The translations under genes were made by a program, and so were the position numbers. This document shows, piece by piece, positions 17,046-26,162 of a DNA stretch of 32,000 nt. Every line of letters begins with the position of its first letter. Positions within the stretch are counted from its first letter, which is position 1. The DNA comes from Silvanigrella paludirubra (GTDB lineage Bacteria; Bdellovibrionota_B; Oligoflexia; Silvanigrellales; Silvanigrellaceae). The notes beneath the pieces were generated by a model. That model did no database searches. It had not been told where the DNA came from and saw nothing but the letters and a program-made list of their open reading frames with translations. The DNA lies in assembly GCF_009208775.1 (NCBI RefSeq), contig NZ_WFLM01000003.1:69374-101373 (forward strand), read 5' to 3'.

Positions 17046-18082
17046 ACAAGTCTTCTCCAACGTTCTTTGCTTAATAGTTTATCAAAACCAAATCCATATC
17101 CCTCATTAGAAGGTATTAATTTTGTATCTATAACTGAAAATGTCTCTGAATAACAATTATTTTCATATAAAGTATGTGTTAATAAACCGCACTCATTTAT
17201 TTTTTGCTTATTTTTTACGTAAAACAGAGAGGACTCATATAAAGCGCATAATTGCCCTAAAGGATGATCCATATAACTTGTAAAAAGAATATTCTTGCTC
17301 GTATTGGGATCGATGTTTTCTTCGGAAAAATATTGAATAGCAGGTTTTAATATTAAATAATCAAAGGATAATGAATTTATAAAATTGTTTTTTAATTCAT
17401 TATCTTTAATTCTATCTATTCCAAGTTTTATATTTGGATACTTTGTTTTAATATGTAGCCAATCATTTTCAGAAAATAAAATTGGATCTTCTAAAAAATC
17501 AATTAAATTTAAAAACTCACCAATCTCATTTAAAAAATAAAAAATTTTCTCAAAATCACAAGAATTATTAAAATCTAATCTTAGCTTTATATTTAATTTT
17601 TTTAAAATCTGAGAATTATTTTTAATAACTTGAGCTTCATTTTTTAAATTTAGGCCACATTTTATTTTAATTTTTAAAAATCCTTGCTCATTTAATTGTT
17701 CAATAAATTCGCTTGATAGCAAATTAACATCAGTACAAGTAAAATGATTTTTAGGTATAAATAATCCACTAAAAATATTTTGTTTTTTTGCTCGATATAA
17801 AGAATCTATGTAAGAAAAATAAATGCTCTTTTTTAAATGAATATTATATTCATTATTTTTTAAATTTAAAATTTGATCTTTCAAAGAAAAATCTCCAAGC
17901 TCTTCCCATGAAAAACAATCAGAATAGCCCTCACCAGTTTCTTTAAAATTTATTTTAAGTAAAAAACCCGGTCTGTGATTTGAAGATTTATATTTTGAAT
18001 TTAAACTATATTTTGGCTTTAAAGTATACTCTGCTATTTCAATATTTTGAATTTGTGATTGGATATTAAAAAATTTATTCAT
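17042..18082 (-). CDS. menC: o-succinylbenzoate synthase (enolase superfamily)
   Basis: Enolase-superfamily landmarks in order: KIKIKCG (KxK), KLRLDFN, IDFLEDP, LGIDR and LILKP. Sits in the men operon. Confidence 0.7.
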   Translation of the reverse strand: MNKFFNIQSQIQNIEIAEYTLKPKYSLNSKYKSSNHRPGFLLKINFKETGEGYSDCFSWEELGDFSLKDQILNLKNNEYNIHLKKSIYFSYIDSLYRAKKQNIFSGLFIPKNHFTCTDVNLLSSEFIEQLNEQGFLKIKIKCGLNLKNEAQVIKNNSQILKKLNIKLRLDFNNSCDFEKIFYFLNEIGEFLNLIDFLEDPILFSENDWLHIKTKYPNIKLGIDRIKDNELKNNFINSLSFDYLILKPAIQYFSEENIDPNTSKNILFTSYMDHPLGQLCALYESSLFYVKNKQKINECGLLTHTLYENNCYSETFSVIDTKLIPSNEGYGFGFDKLLSKERWRRLV

Positions 18083-18908
18083 TTGTATAAAATTTTATAT
18101 TCATCTTTTTAGATGATTCTATTTTAGAATTTATATCATATCTTTGTTCATAAAATTGCATTGAGCTGTCAGGTTTAATTCCAAATAATAAAGTTGAATT
18201 TGTACCATATTTTTCACTAGAAATAAACAAAGAGGATAAAAAAACCTCTTGTTCTGGCGGGACACCTGTATCTGGTAGATCAGAGATATCATAAGTTTTA
18301 TTGTTCATCATCTCAGTCTTAAAATAGATCCAATAATCATCAAACGTTTTTAATTTATTATCCTGATTATTAAAAAAGGCTGAAAACGTTTTTTTGGTAT
18401 TTTTAATTTTTGGCCAATTTGAATCTATTTTACCATTACTCAATCCAAAAATTTTTTTTGTATTATCACCTGTTTTAAATAATAATTTACTTTCATGATC
18501 TTTACTATGATAATAATAAATGCACTCACCATCTGAAAAAATTAAATTAAAATAATTATATTCATGGGCTATTTTTTTAAGACGATTTAAGTATGATTCT
18601 GCTGTATCACTTGAATTTAAAAAATCTAGAATAATATCACCTCTAGACTTTAAGTCTTCTTTATAAGATTTTAAATGGCGAATATTTGTTAATATAGCCC
18701 ATTTTGGATTGATTATATTTTGACAAGCAAACCAAGTGCCCTTTTTATATTCATCGCGAGGCGCAATAATATCATTGCCATAAAATTGCAAATCACGATC
18801 CCAACCATTAATATTGGAAGATTTTCTTTTTTTATATTCATCTCTATTAGAGATAATTACTATAGGAAAATCTTTTATTTGATTAATGAATAAAAACAAT
18901 GTGCACAA
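18075..18908 (-). CDS. NRDE-family protein (DUF833, TANGO2 homologue)
   Basis: TTG start followed directly by Cys (M-C-T-L-F). Eponymous motif VIISNRDEY at residues ~17-25. Length of 277 aa is typical of the family. It lies 6 nt after menA and overlaps menC by 8 nt. Confidence 0.8.
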   Translation of the reverse strand: MCTLFLFINQIKDFPIVIISNRDEYKKRKSSNINGWDRDLQFYGNDIIAPRDEYKKGTWFACQNIINPKWAILTNIRHLKSYKEDLKSRGDIILDFLNSSDTAESYLNRLKKIAHEYNYFNLIFSDGECIYYYHSKDHESKLLFKTGDNTKKIFGLSNGKIDSNWPKIKNTKKTFSAFFNNQDNKLKTFDDYWIYFKTEMMNNKTYDISDLPDTGVPPEQEVFLSSLFISSEKYGTNSTLLFGIKPDSSMQFYEQRYDINSKIESSKKMNIKFYTNE

Positions 18909-18914
18909 ATTAAA

Positions 18915-19829
18915 TTACCTTATAAAAAAGCCAATCCCCATTAAAAATCCAAATAAAATTTGAGTTAAGGCAGACATACCCAAATATTTATTAAATATTT
19001 GAGATGGTTCGTTATTTAGTATACTTATAATAATTTTAATTGCTAGAGGTAAAGTTAGCATTGGTAACAAACCTGCCCATATATTTCCGCTATAAACCCA
19101 ATAAATATTAAGCAAATAAGTAAATAAAAATAAAAGAACAATTTCAATTCTAGCAAATTTTTTTCCGAATCGAGCCGCCAATGTCATTTTACCAACTCGT
19201 TTATCACCTATATAATCTCTAAAATTATTAATAGAAATTAATACTGTTGCAAGTAAGCCTACTTGAAGACCAGCTATTATAGGAGCTGCAGTAATAAATC
19301 CAGTTTGTAAATAAAAAACACCAAGAACTGCCGTAAATCCAAAAAATAAAATAACAAATAATTCGCCTAAACCAACATAAGCTAAAGGATAAGGGCCGCC
19401 AGTATATAAATATCCAAATAATAAAGAAATAATTCCAATTATTATGATTGGAATTCCCCCATGAATAACGATTGGTATTGAAAAAAGAATGGCAATCAAA
19501 AAACTTAAAAATCCACCAAACATGACTTGTTTTGAATTTAAAAGACCACTTTGAGTTACTCTTTTAGGACCTAACCTATTTTCATCATCTGCTCCCTTTT
19601 TGAAATCAAGAGCGTCATTAATTAAATTGGTTCCAATTTGAATAAAAATAGAAGCAAGTAGGGCAAATATACTATATGCCCATGTTACTTTATTTTCTGT
19701 AGGGCGTAAAACAGAATATGCAACAGCAGTTGCAACAAAAATAGGGGTAAATGCGGCTGATAATGTTTTAGGTCTTGAAGCCAAAATCCAAGGAATTATT
19801 TTATTTGTTTTTTTTAGCGTGTTATCCAT
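18915..19829 (-). CDS. menA: 1,4-dihydroxy-2-naphthoate polyprenyltransferase (UbiA family)
   Basis: ASRPKTL N-terminal motif, NDALDFKKGADDENRLGP (first Asp-rich motif), second motif NNFRDYIGDKRVGK, and ~9 TM helices. Confidence 0.85.
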   Translation of the reverse strand: MDNTLKKTNKIIPWILASRPKTLSAAFTPIFVATAVAYSVLRPTENKVTWAYSIFALLASIFIQIGTNLINDALDFKKGADDENRLGPKRVTQSGLLNSKQVMFGGFLSFLIAILFSIPIVIHGGIPIIIIGIISLLFGYLYTGGPYPLAYVGLGELFVILFFGFTAVLGVFYLQTGFITAAPIIAGLQVGLLATVLISINNFRDYIGDKRVGKMTLAARFGKKFARIEIVLLFLFTYLLNIYWVYSGNIWAGLLPMLTLPLAIKIIISILNNEPSQIFNKYLGMSALTQILFGFLMGIGFFIR

Positions 19830-19835
19830 TTATCC

Positions 19836-20660
19836 TCACGGAAATCTATCGAATTTATTAAAATCGGGTTTTCTTTTTTCAATGAAGGCTTCTTTTCCTT
19901 CTTTTGCTTCTTCACTTAAGTAATAAAGAAGTGTTGCATTTCCAGCTAAATCAAGCAAACCAATTTGTCCATCACAATCTGCATTTAAGGAAGCTTTTAA
20001 ACAGCGTAATGCAAGTGGAGAATGCTCTAACATTTCTCGGCACCATTTTAATGTTTCTGCTTCAAGTTCATCTACAGGAACAACATGATTTACTAATCCC
20101 ATTTCTAAAGCTTGTGTTGCATTATATTGACGACATAAATACCAAATTTCTCTTGCTTTCTTTTGTCCTACAATTCTTGCTAAATAACTACTTCCAAGAC
20201 CACCATCAAATGAGCCTACTTTAGGTCCTGTTTGTCCAAACTTAGCATTATCTCCTGCAATCGTGAGATCACAAACAACATGTAGAACATGCCCCCCACC
20301 AATTGCATAGCCAGCAACCATAGCTACAACTGGCTTTGGCATAGACCTTATCGCTTTTTGGACGTCTAATATATTTAAACGTGGCAAACCATCTTGACCA
20401 ACATAACCACCATTTCCTCTTACTTTTTGATCGCCACCTGAACAAAATGCCTCTTTGCCTTCACCGGTTAATATAATGACACCGATTTTTGAATTATCTC
20501 TGCATATTTCAAAAGCCTGTAATAATTCTTTTACGGTTTCAGGACGAAATGCATTTCGTACATGAGGGCGGTTTATCGTTATTTTTGCTATACCATCTTC
20601 TGTTCTATCTAATTTAATATCTTGAAACTCATGCATTGTATTCCAAATATTTAAGCTCAT
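19836..20660 (-). CDS. menB: 1,4-dihydroxy-2-naphthoyl-CoA synthase
   Basis: Crotonase fold with MenB-specific blocks [44 protein letters not shown] and a C-terminal [14 protein letters not shown]. Start set at the ATG at 20660, preceded by AAGGAG; the track start at 20756 adds 32 unsupported residues. Confidence 0.95.
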   Translation of the reverse strand: MSLNIWNTMHEFQDIKLDRTEDGIAKITINRPHVRNAFRPETVKELLQAFEICRDNSKIGVIILTGEGKEAFCSGGDQKVRGNGGYVGQDGLPRLNILDVQKAIRSMPKPVVAMVAGYAIGGGHVLHVVCDLTIAGDNAKFGQTGPKVGSFDGGLGSSYLARIVGQKKAREIWYLCRQYNATQALEMGLVNHVVPVDELEAETLKWCREMLEHSPLALRCLKASLNADCDGQIGLLDLAGNATLLYYLSEEAKEGKEAFIEKRKPDFNKFDRFP

Positions 20661-20835
20661 AGTGGACTCCTTCATAAAGAGAATTGTAAGTATATCCATA
20701 CCATATTTGTATTTACTTATTTTCTGTTGAAAATTCAACAATTTTGATTCGACCAAAATATATTGAAAAAATATATTTTAAATATTTTTTTACTTGTCTG
20801 AAAACACTTAAGAAACATTATTTCAATTTTTTTAT

Positions 20836-20864
20836 TTGACAATTTATATACTAAGTATTAAAAA
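20836..20864 (+). promoter_or_regulatory. candidate sigma70-type promoter facing the 21014 gene
   Basis: TTGACA (20836-20841), a 17-nt spacer, then TAAAAA (20859-20864). The predicted start site falls inside the inverted repeat at 20864-20898. Confidence 0.3.
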
Positions 20865-20898
20865 ATTTACAGAGTATATTTGTATTACTCTGTAAATT
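20864..20898. repeat. perfect 13-bp inverted repeat (operator, leader hairpin or terminator-like)
   Basis: AATTTACAGAGTA (20864-20876), a 9-nt spacer, then TACTCTGTAAATT (20886-20898). On the minus strand the hairpin is followed by a short T run. Confidence 0.8.
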
Positions 20899-21013
20899 AA
20901 AAGTTTTATAATATAAATCTCATCTCAATTTCTATTAATTTATAAAATAAATAATGTTATAGACCAAATTATATTAGAATTTAATTGCAATTCCTAAAAT
21001 TGGACAATAAAAA

Positions 21014-21637
21014 ATGAGAAATAACTTACAAAAAAATAATAATACGTCTTTTGTTTCAAATAATATGAATAAATTACATAATTCTTTGTATAAAAAAATT
21101 ATTGAAGGAGATAATCAAGATGGGATATTATATATTTTTACACAAACATTCAAATATTTAGAACAAGAACTAAATATAAACAGATATGATATTTTTTATG
21201 AATTTATAGAAAATCATATTTATCTTGAAAAAAAAGAAGATAATCTAATAGAAGATATTTTTTATTTATTTTTAAAAGATTTAAATTTTTTTAATAATAT
21301 AATAGTAAAATATTACTCTCTTCATGAAATGACAAAAATGTTATGCTTAACAAATAAATTTAATACAAATATAAAATCAATAAAATTTAACAGAATAGGG
21401 AAAAGCTATTGGACTGTTATTAACTTTCCTGATTCTTGTGAAGATTTATTTAAAATAAAATTACCATTTAAATCAAACTTTAACGAAATAAAAGTTCTTT
21501 ATATTTCATCAAATAAAGGATTTTTCAACGGAATAATCAATCATAATATTGAAAAATATCTTTATTTATATTCAAATGATGAAATTATTTCTGATTTGAA
21601 TATGGAATCTGTTTTTATGAAAATTGGATTAGTTTAA
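21014..21637 (+). CDS. hypothetical protein (207 aa), no recognisable family
   Basis: Long ORF in an otherwise ORF-poor AT-rich region, Asn/Lys/Ile/Phe-rich. A segment LHEMTKMLCLTNKFNTNIKSIKFNRIGKSYW loosely resembles excisionase/MerR-type HTH spacing. Its 3' end overlaps the convergent ADH gene by 4 nt. Confidence 0.4.
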   Translation: MRNNLQKNNNTSFVSNNMNKLHNSLYKKIIEGDNQDGILYIFTQTFKYLEQELNINRYDIFYEFIENHIYLEKKEDNLIEDIFYLFLKDLNFFNNIIVKYYSLHEMTKMLCLTNKFNTNIKSIKFNRIGKSYWTVINFPDSCEDLFKIKLPFKSNFNEIKVLYISSNKGFFNGIINHNIEKYLYLYSNDEIISDLNMESVFMKIGLV

Positions 21638-22803
21638 TCGTAAGCAGTCCATGCAATTTCTAAAATCCCTAAAATTTCATCTTCTCCAATACGTTTGTTT
21701 TCTCCTAATTTATTTCCTTTTGATACTTCCATTACTTTTTTAGCAATATCAGGCAAATCTTTCTTGGAAATTTTGTATTCAGATAATCTAGTTTTTGCAC
21801 CTAAAGATCTAAAAAATTTTTCTGTTTTATCTATAGCAGAAGAAGCTATTTTATTATCTGAACTATAATCTAAATTAAATACTCTTTTTCCATAAGAAAC
21901 TAGTTTCTCTTTTTTAAATTCAAATTCATGTTTTAATAATGCTGGTAAAATAATAGCAAGAGTTTGTGCATGATCTAAATTATATAATGCTGTTAACATA
22001 TGACCAATTTGATGAGTTGCCCAATCTTGTGGAACACCTTTACCAATAACACCATTTAAAGCATTAGAAGCGCACCACATTAAATTAGCTCTTACATCAT
22101 AATCTTTAGGATTATTGAGCGCTTTTGGGCCTTCTTCAATTAAGGTATTTAAAATAGCTTCGCTTTGGCGATCTTGCAAAGGAGAATTTACTTTGTATGT
22201 TAAATATTGTTCTGTTACATGAACAAATGGATCTATAATTCCATTAATCACTTGTCTTTCAGGTAGACTAAAAGTAACAGATGGGTCTAATATAGAAAAA
22301 ACAGGATAAGAATGAACAGATGAAAAATCTTTTTTTTGCTGCATGCTTCTTCTTGAAATAACACTAAATGGATTCATTTCTGAACCTGTAGCAGGTAACG
22401 TTAATACACAACCAAGAGGCAAAGCATTGTCAGACTGCTCTCCCATTAAAATATTCCAAGGATCGGATTTTTTAAATTTAACTGCATTTGCAATAAATTT
22501 ACAGCCGTCAATAACAGAGCCACCACCAACCGCTAAAATAAAATCAATTTTGCACTTTCTACAAAGCTCAACCGCTTTCATTAAAGTATCATATTCTGGA
22601 TTCGCTTCAATTCCAGAAAATTCATAAACATCTTTATGAATTAATGCAGTTTTAATTTGATCATAAATTCCATTTTCTTTTATAGAACCACCACCAAATG
22701 CAAATAGAATTTTTTCATGGTTTTGTAATAAAGATGGCAAACTGCCTATAGAGTCTTTTCCAAATATAATTTTTACGGGATTGTATAATTCAAAATTATT
22801 CAT
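21634..22803 (-). CDS. iron-containing (group III) alcohol dehydrogenase, YqhD/butanol-dehydrogenase-like
   Basis: AVGGGSVIDGCKFIA dinucleotide/Fe-ADH motif, GTGSE-type LPATGSEMN, and His cluster HQIGHMLTALYNLDHAQ. Confidence 0.85.
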   Translation of the reverse strand: MNNFELYNPVKIIFGKDSIGSLPSLLQNHEKILFAFGGGSIKENGIYDQIKTALIHKDVYEFSGIEANPEYDTLMKAVELCRKCKIDFILAVGGGSVIDGCKFIANAVKFKKSDPWNILMGEQSDNALPLGCVLTLPATGSEMNPFSVISRRSMQQKKDFSSVHSYPVFSILDPSVTFSLPERQVINGIIDPFVHVTEQYLTYKVNSPLQDRQSEAILNTLIEEGPKALNNPKDYDVRANLMWCASNALNGVIGKGVPQDWATHQIGHMLTALYNLDHAQTLAIILPALLKHEFEFKKEKLVSYGKRVFNLDYSSDNKIASSAIDKTEKFFRSLGAKTRLSEYKISKKDLPDIAKKVMEVSKGNKLGENKRIGEDEILGILEIAWTAYD

Positions 22804-22833
22804 TTTTTAATCCTTTTTTAAAGATGAATTTTT

Positions 22834-24312
22834 TCATTCATCTTTAAATTTATAGGTTAATTTTAATTCACGAGCGGCTTTTACTTCATCTATTTTTTCA
22901 CGAAAAGCTCTCTTAGGATGCACCACAGAAGAATCTTTTGAAGTAACAATTTCTTTAATGGATAAAATAAATCTATCCAATTCATCTTTGCTTTCTGTTT
23001 CTGTTGGTTCTACCATTAATGCATTTTTAACGCATAATGGAAAGTAAACAGTGGGTGGATGCATTCCGTAATCAATTAATGCTTTTGCAATTTTAGAGGT
23101 GTCCCATCCACTTTCTTTTTGGTTTTTATCATTAAATACTACTTCGTGCAGATGATTTCCGTCTACTGGAATATGCAATACATCTTTTAATTGTGATTTT
23201 ATGTAATTTGCATTTAATATTGCATTTTCACTAACTTTACGGAGACCTTCACCTCCAAGAGCCTTAATGTAACACCACGCTCGAATAAACATTCCATAAT
23301 TTCCATAAAAAGATTTTACTCTTCCTATTGATTTTGAAAAAGAATAATTTAAATGATAATTTCCATTTTTTTCTTCTACTCTTGGAATTGGCAAATATGG
23401 AATTAGTTTTTCGCTTACTGCAATGGGACCACTGCCTGGCCCTCCTCCTCCATGAGGTGTTGTAAACGTTTTATGTAAATTAAATTGAATTACATCTGCT
23501 CCATAATCACCGGGACGGCTTAAACCCAAAACAGCATTCATATTTGCGCCATCAATATAAAGTAGAGCATCTTTTTCATGAAGTAATTTTGCAATTTGTT
23601 CTATATTTTTTTCAAAAAATCCTAATGTATTTGGATTTGTCAGCATCATTGCAGCAACATCATCTGTTAATACATCTTTTACAGAATCTAAAGTAACATA
23701 TCCATCTTCACCAGTTTGAACTTGAACAATATTATAACCAGCTAAAGCAGCACTTGCTGGATTTGTTCCATGAGATGTATCTGCAGTAATAATTGTCTTT
23801 TTAATTTTTCCTTTATTTCTGTGATAAGCAGAAATTAATAATAAGCCTGTAAATTCTCCTTGCGCTCCAGCACTTGGCTGTAAAGAAACAGCGGGCATTC
23901 CTGTTACTTTTTTTAGATCTTCTTGCAATTCATACATAATTTGCAAATGCCCCTGAGTCCACTCAATTGGATCATAAGGATGCGCTTCACAAATTTCAGA
24001 ACTTCTCGCAATTTCTTCATTTAACCTTGGATTGTGTTTCATTGTACAAGAACCAAGTGGATAAATACCTAAATCAATTGCATAGTTCCAAGTAGATAAT
24101 CTGGTAAAATGGCGAACAACTTCTGGCTCGGAGAGCTCTGGAAGTCTTGCTTTATTTTTTCTTAAATTTTTATTATAAAGTTTTTTATAATTTACTTCAG
24201 GAACATCTAATTTAGGTAACCCTATACCGTAGCCACCTTTATGAGAACGATCAAATAAAAGTTCTTCTTCTAATACAATATTTTGTCCCGTTTTTTTATT
24301 TAAATAATTCAT
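22834..24312 (-). CDS. gcvPB: glycine dehydrogenase (decarboxylating) subunit 2
   Basis: PLP-lysine context FNLHKTFTTPHGGGGPG and conserved GcvPB blocks (LGSCTMKHNP, SLQPSAGAQGE). Confidence 0.95.
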   Translation of the reverse strand: MNYLNKKTGQNIVLEEELLFDRSHKGGYGIGLPKLDVPEVNYKKLYNKNLRKNKARLPELSEPEVVRHFTRLSTWNYAIDLGIYPLGSCTMKHNPRLNEEIARSSEICEAHPYDPIEWTQGHLQIMYELQEDLKKVTGMPAVSLQPSAGAQGEFTGLLLISAYHRNKGKIKKTIITADTSHGTNPASAALAGYNIVQVQTGEDGYVTLDSVKDVLTDDVAAMMLTNPNTLGFFEKNIEQIAKLLHEKDALLYIDGANMNAVLGLSRPGDYGADVIQFNLHKTFTTPHGGGGPGSGPIAVSEKLIPYLPIPRVEEKNGNYHLNYSFSKSIGRVKSFYGNYGMFIRAWCYIKALGGEGLRKVSENAILNANYIKSQLKDVLHIPVDGNHLHEVVFNDKNQKESGWDTSKIAKALIDYGMHPPTVYFPLCVKNALMVEPTETESKDELDRFILSIKEIVTSKDSSVVHPKRAFREKIDEVKAARELKLTYKFKDE

Positions 24313-24324
24313 AATATAATTACC

Positions 24325-25686
24325 TCATCCAAATCTTTTTAAGAGATCAACAAATAAATCTATATCTTCACGAGATTTTTTTTCAGTAACTGCAATTAAT
24401 AAACCATTTTTATCATCCGGAAAAAATCTTTGTAAAGAAACACCAGGAGCAAGGTTATTTTCAACACATTTTTTTATAAATTCAGAAGATGAGGTATTTA
24501 ATTCTAAAACAAATTCATTAAATGTATTTGTATTTGAATATCTAATTTTTGCTTTTCCTGTTTTTGTTAATTCTGATTTTGCATATTCTGATTTGGCTAA
24601 ATTTTGTTCTGCAAGTTCTACAAAACCTTCTTTTCCAACCAACGCTAACCAAATAGATGCCCACAAAGCACACAAATTTTGATTAGTACAAATATTAGAA
24701 GTCGCTTTTTCACGTCGAATATGCTGTTCTCTTGTACTTAAAGTCAAAGTAAAACTTTTTCTACCTAAAGCATCAACGGTTTCACCACAAAGACGTCCCG
24801 GCATTTGCCTTACATTCTCTAAACGTGTTGTAAAAAGTCCTACATAAGGGCCACCAAAACTTTGCGGTAGTCCAAAACTCTGTCCTTCTCCTGTGGCAAT
24901 ATCACAATCATATTCACCAGGTGTTTTTAAAAGAGCAAGACTTAAAGGCTCTGTTACGTTAGCAGAAAATAAAGAACCTTTAGAATGAGAAAGATCGCTC
25001 ATTTCTTGCATATCTTCAATGCATCCCATAAAATTTGGACTTTGTGCTATTACTAAAGCAACATCATCTGCTAATAAAGATTTTAATGCAGATAATGATG
25101 TTGTTCCCTTTTCATTTACTGGAATTAAAGAAACTTCAACTCCTAAATTTGTTAAATAAGTTTTTAATACTTCAACATATTCTGGATGAACTCCAGATGA
25201 AACTAATATTCTTTTTTTATTTTGCTTCATTCTTAAGGCCATTAAAGCAGCTTCTGCCATGCTTGTTGAACCATCATAATGTGAAGCATTTGATATTTCC
25301 ATTCCGAATATTTCAGAAACCATACTTTGATATTCAAATAAAGCTTGAAGTGTTCCTTGAGAAAATTCAGGCTGATAAGGAGTGTAAGATGTTAAAAACT
25401 CACCCCTTAAAGTTAATTGGTTAATCGCAGCTGGGCAAAAATGATCGTAAACACCTGCACCTAAAAAACTTAATGAAGATTTTTTATTTCTTGAATTTTT
25501 TAAAATTTGTGAAATTTTTCTTTTTATTTCTATTTCTGAAAGCCCATCTCCTATAGAGAGAATACTTTTTAAACGAACTTCTTTTGGAATTCCAATTAAA
25601 AGATCTTCCATACTACTAACGCCACAAGATTTAAAAATATCAATTTTATCTTGTTCTGTTGTTGGAAGTAAACGATGTCCTGACAT
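24325..25686 (-). CDS. gcvPA: glycine dehydrogenase (decarboxylating) subunit 1
   Basis: FLGAGVYDH, YTPYQPEFSQGTLQALFEYQ and IRREKATSNICTNQ blocks typical of GcvPA. Confidence 0.95.
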   Translation of the reverse strand: MSGHRLLPTTEQDKIDIFKSCGVSSMEDLLIGIPKEVRLKSILSIGDGLSEIEIKRKISQILKNSRNKKSSLSFLGAGVYDHFCPAAINQLTLRGEFLTSYTPYQPEFSQGTLQALFEYQSMVSEIFGMEISNASHYDGSTSMAEAALMALRMKQNKKRILVSSGVHPEYVEVLKTYLTNLGVEVSLIPVNEKGTTSLSALKSLLADDVALVIAQSPNFMGCIEDMQEMSDLSHSKGSLFSANVTEPLSLALLKTPGEYDCDIATGEGQSFGLPQSFGGPYVGLFTTRLENVRQMPGRLCGETVDALGRKSFTLTLSTREQHIRREKATSNICTNQNLCALWASIWLALVGKEGFVELAEQNLAKSEYAKSELTKTGKAKIRYSNTNTFNEFVLELNTSSSEFIKKCVENNLAPGVSLQRFFPDDKNGLLIAVTEKKSREDIDLFVDLLKRFG

Positions 25687-25700
25687 ATTTATTCCCTTTT

Positions 25701-25728
25701 AAAAAAAAAACGGGTTTTTGTAACCCGT
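25701..25728 (-). terminator. intrinsic terminator or attenuator between gcvH and gcvPA
   Basis: The minus-strand RNA reads ACGGGUU-ACAAA-AACCCGU followed by nine U (plus-strand A run 25701-25709). It lies 17 nt after the gcvH stop and immediately before the gcvPA RBS (AAGGGA). Confidence 0.55.
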
Positions 25729-25745
25729 CTATCGAATTTTTATTT

Positions 25746-26126
25746 TTAATCTTGTCCAGATATATATTTTTCGTATTCGGATGCTGTTAATAGTCCAGTT
25801 GGTTCTTGCTTAATTTCAACTTTAATAAGCCAACCTTTTTCGTAAGCATCTAATGAAAGGTTTTCTGGGTTATCAACTATTTCATTGTTAACATGTGTTA
25901 CAGTACAGGATGCTGGAGTATATAATTCGCTCACTGTTTTAGTAGATTCAATGGTTCCAAAAGAATCATTTTGTTTTAAAATTGCTCCCACTTTAGGTAA
26001 TTCAAGAAAAACAACATCACCTAATTGATTTATTGCAAATTTAGTAACACCAATAGAAGCTGTATTTCCTTCAATTTTAATCCATTCGTGCTCTTTCGTA
26101 TATTTTAAATTTTCTGGATATGACAT
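25746..26126 (-). CDS. gcvH: glycine cleavage system H protein
   Basis: YTKEHEWIK N-terminus and lipoyl-lysine motif IESTKTVSELY. Start set at the ATG at 26126 (MSYPENL...), preceded by AAGGAAA. Confidence 0.9.
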   Translation of the reverse strand: MSYPENLKYTKEHEWIKIEGNTASIGVTKFAINQLGDVVFLELPKVGAILKQNDSFGTIESTKTVSELYTPASCTVTHVNNEIVDNPENLSLDAYEKGWLIKVEIKQEPTGLLTASEYEKYISGQD

Positions 26127-26162
26127 ACCTATTTTCCTTTTCAACTAAACTGGTTTAGCATT

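Noticed and set aside
6688-20756. N-terminal extensions offered by the ORF track for the VOC (to 6738), ABC (9625), fabH (11542), recN (11662), oxidoreductase (13539), menE (17060), menB (20756), gcvH (26144) and SDR (2430) genes.
   Set aside because: The extensions begin at TTG or weak codons without an RBS and add residues absent from the family N-termini I recognise. In each case an internal ATG with an AAGGA/GGAG-type RBS fits better.
22820-22845. A 10-bp hairpin (AAAGATGAAT / ATTCATCTTT) spanning the gcvPB stop codon, considered as a terminator before the ADH gene.
   Set aside because: On the transcribed (minus) strand it is followed by an A run rather than a U run, and the ADH RBS follows directly. 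It is more likely a coincidental or mRNA-stability structure, and the ADH gene is probably co-transcribed.
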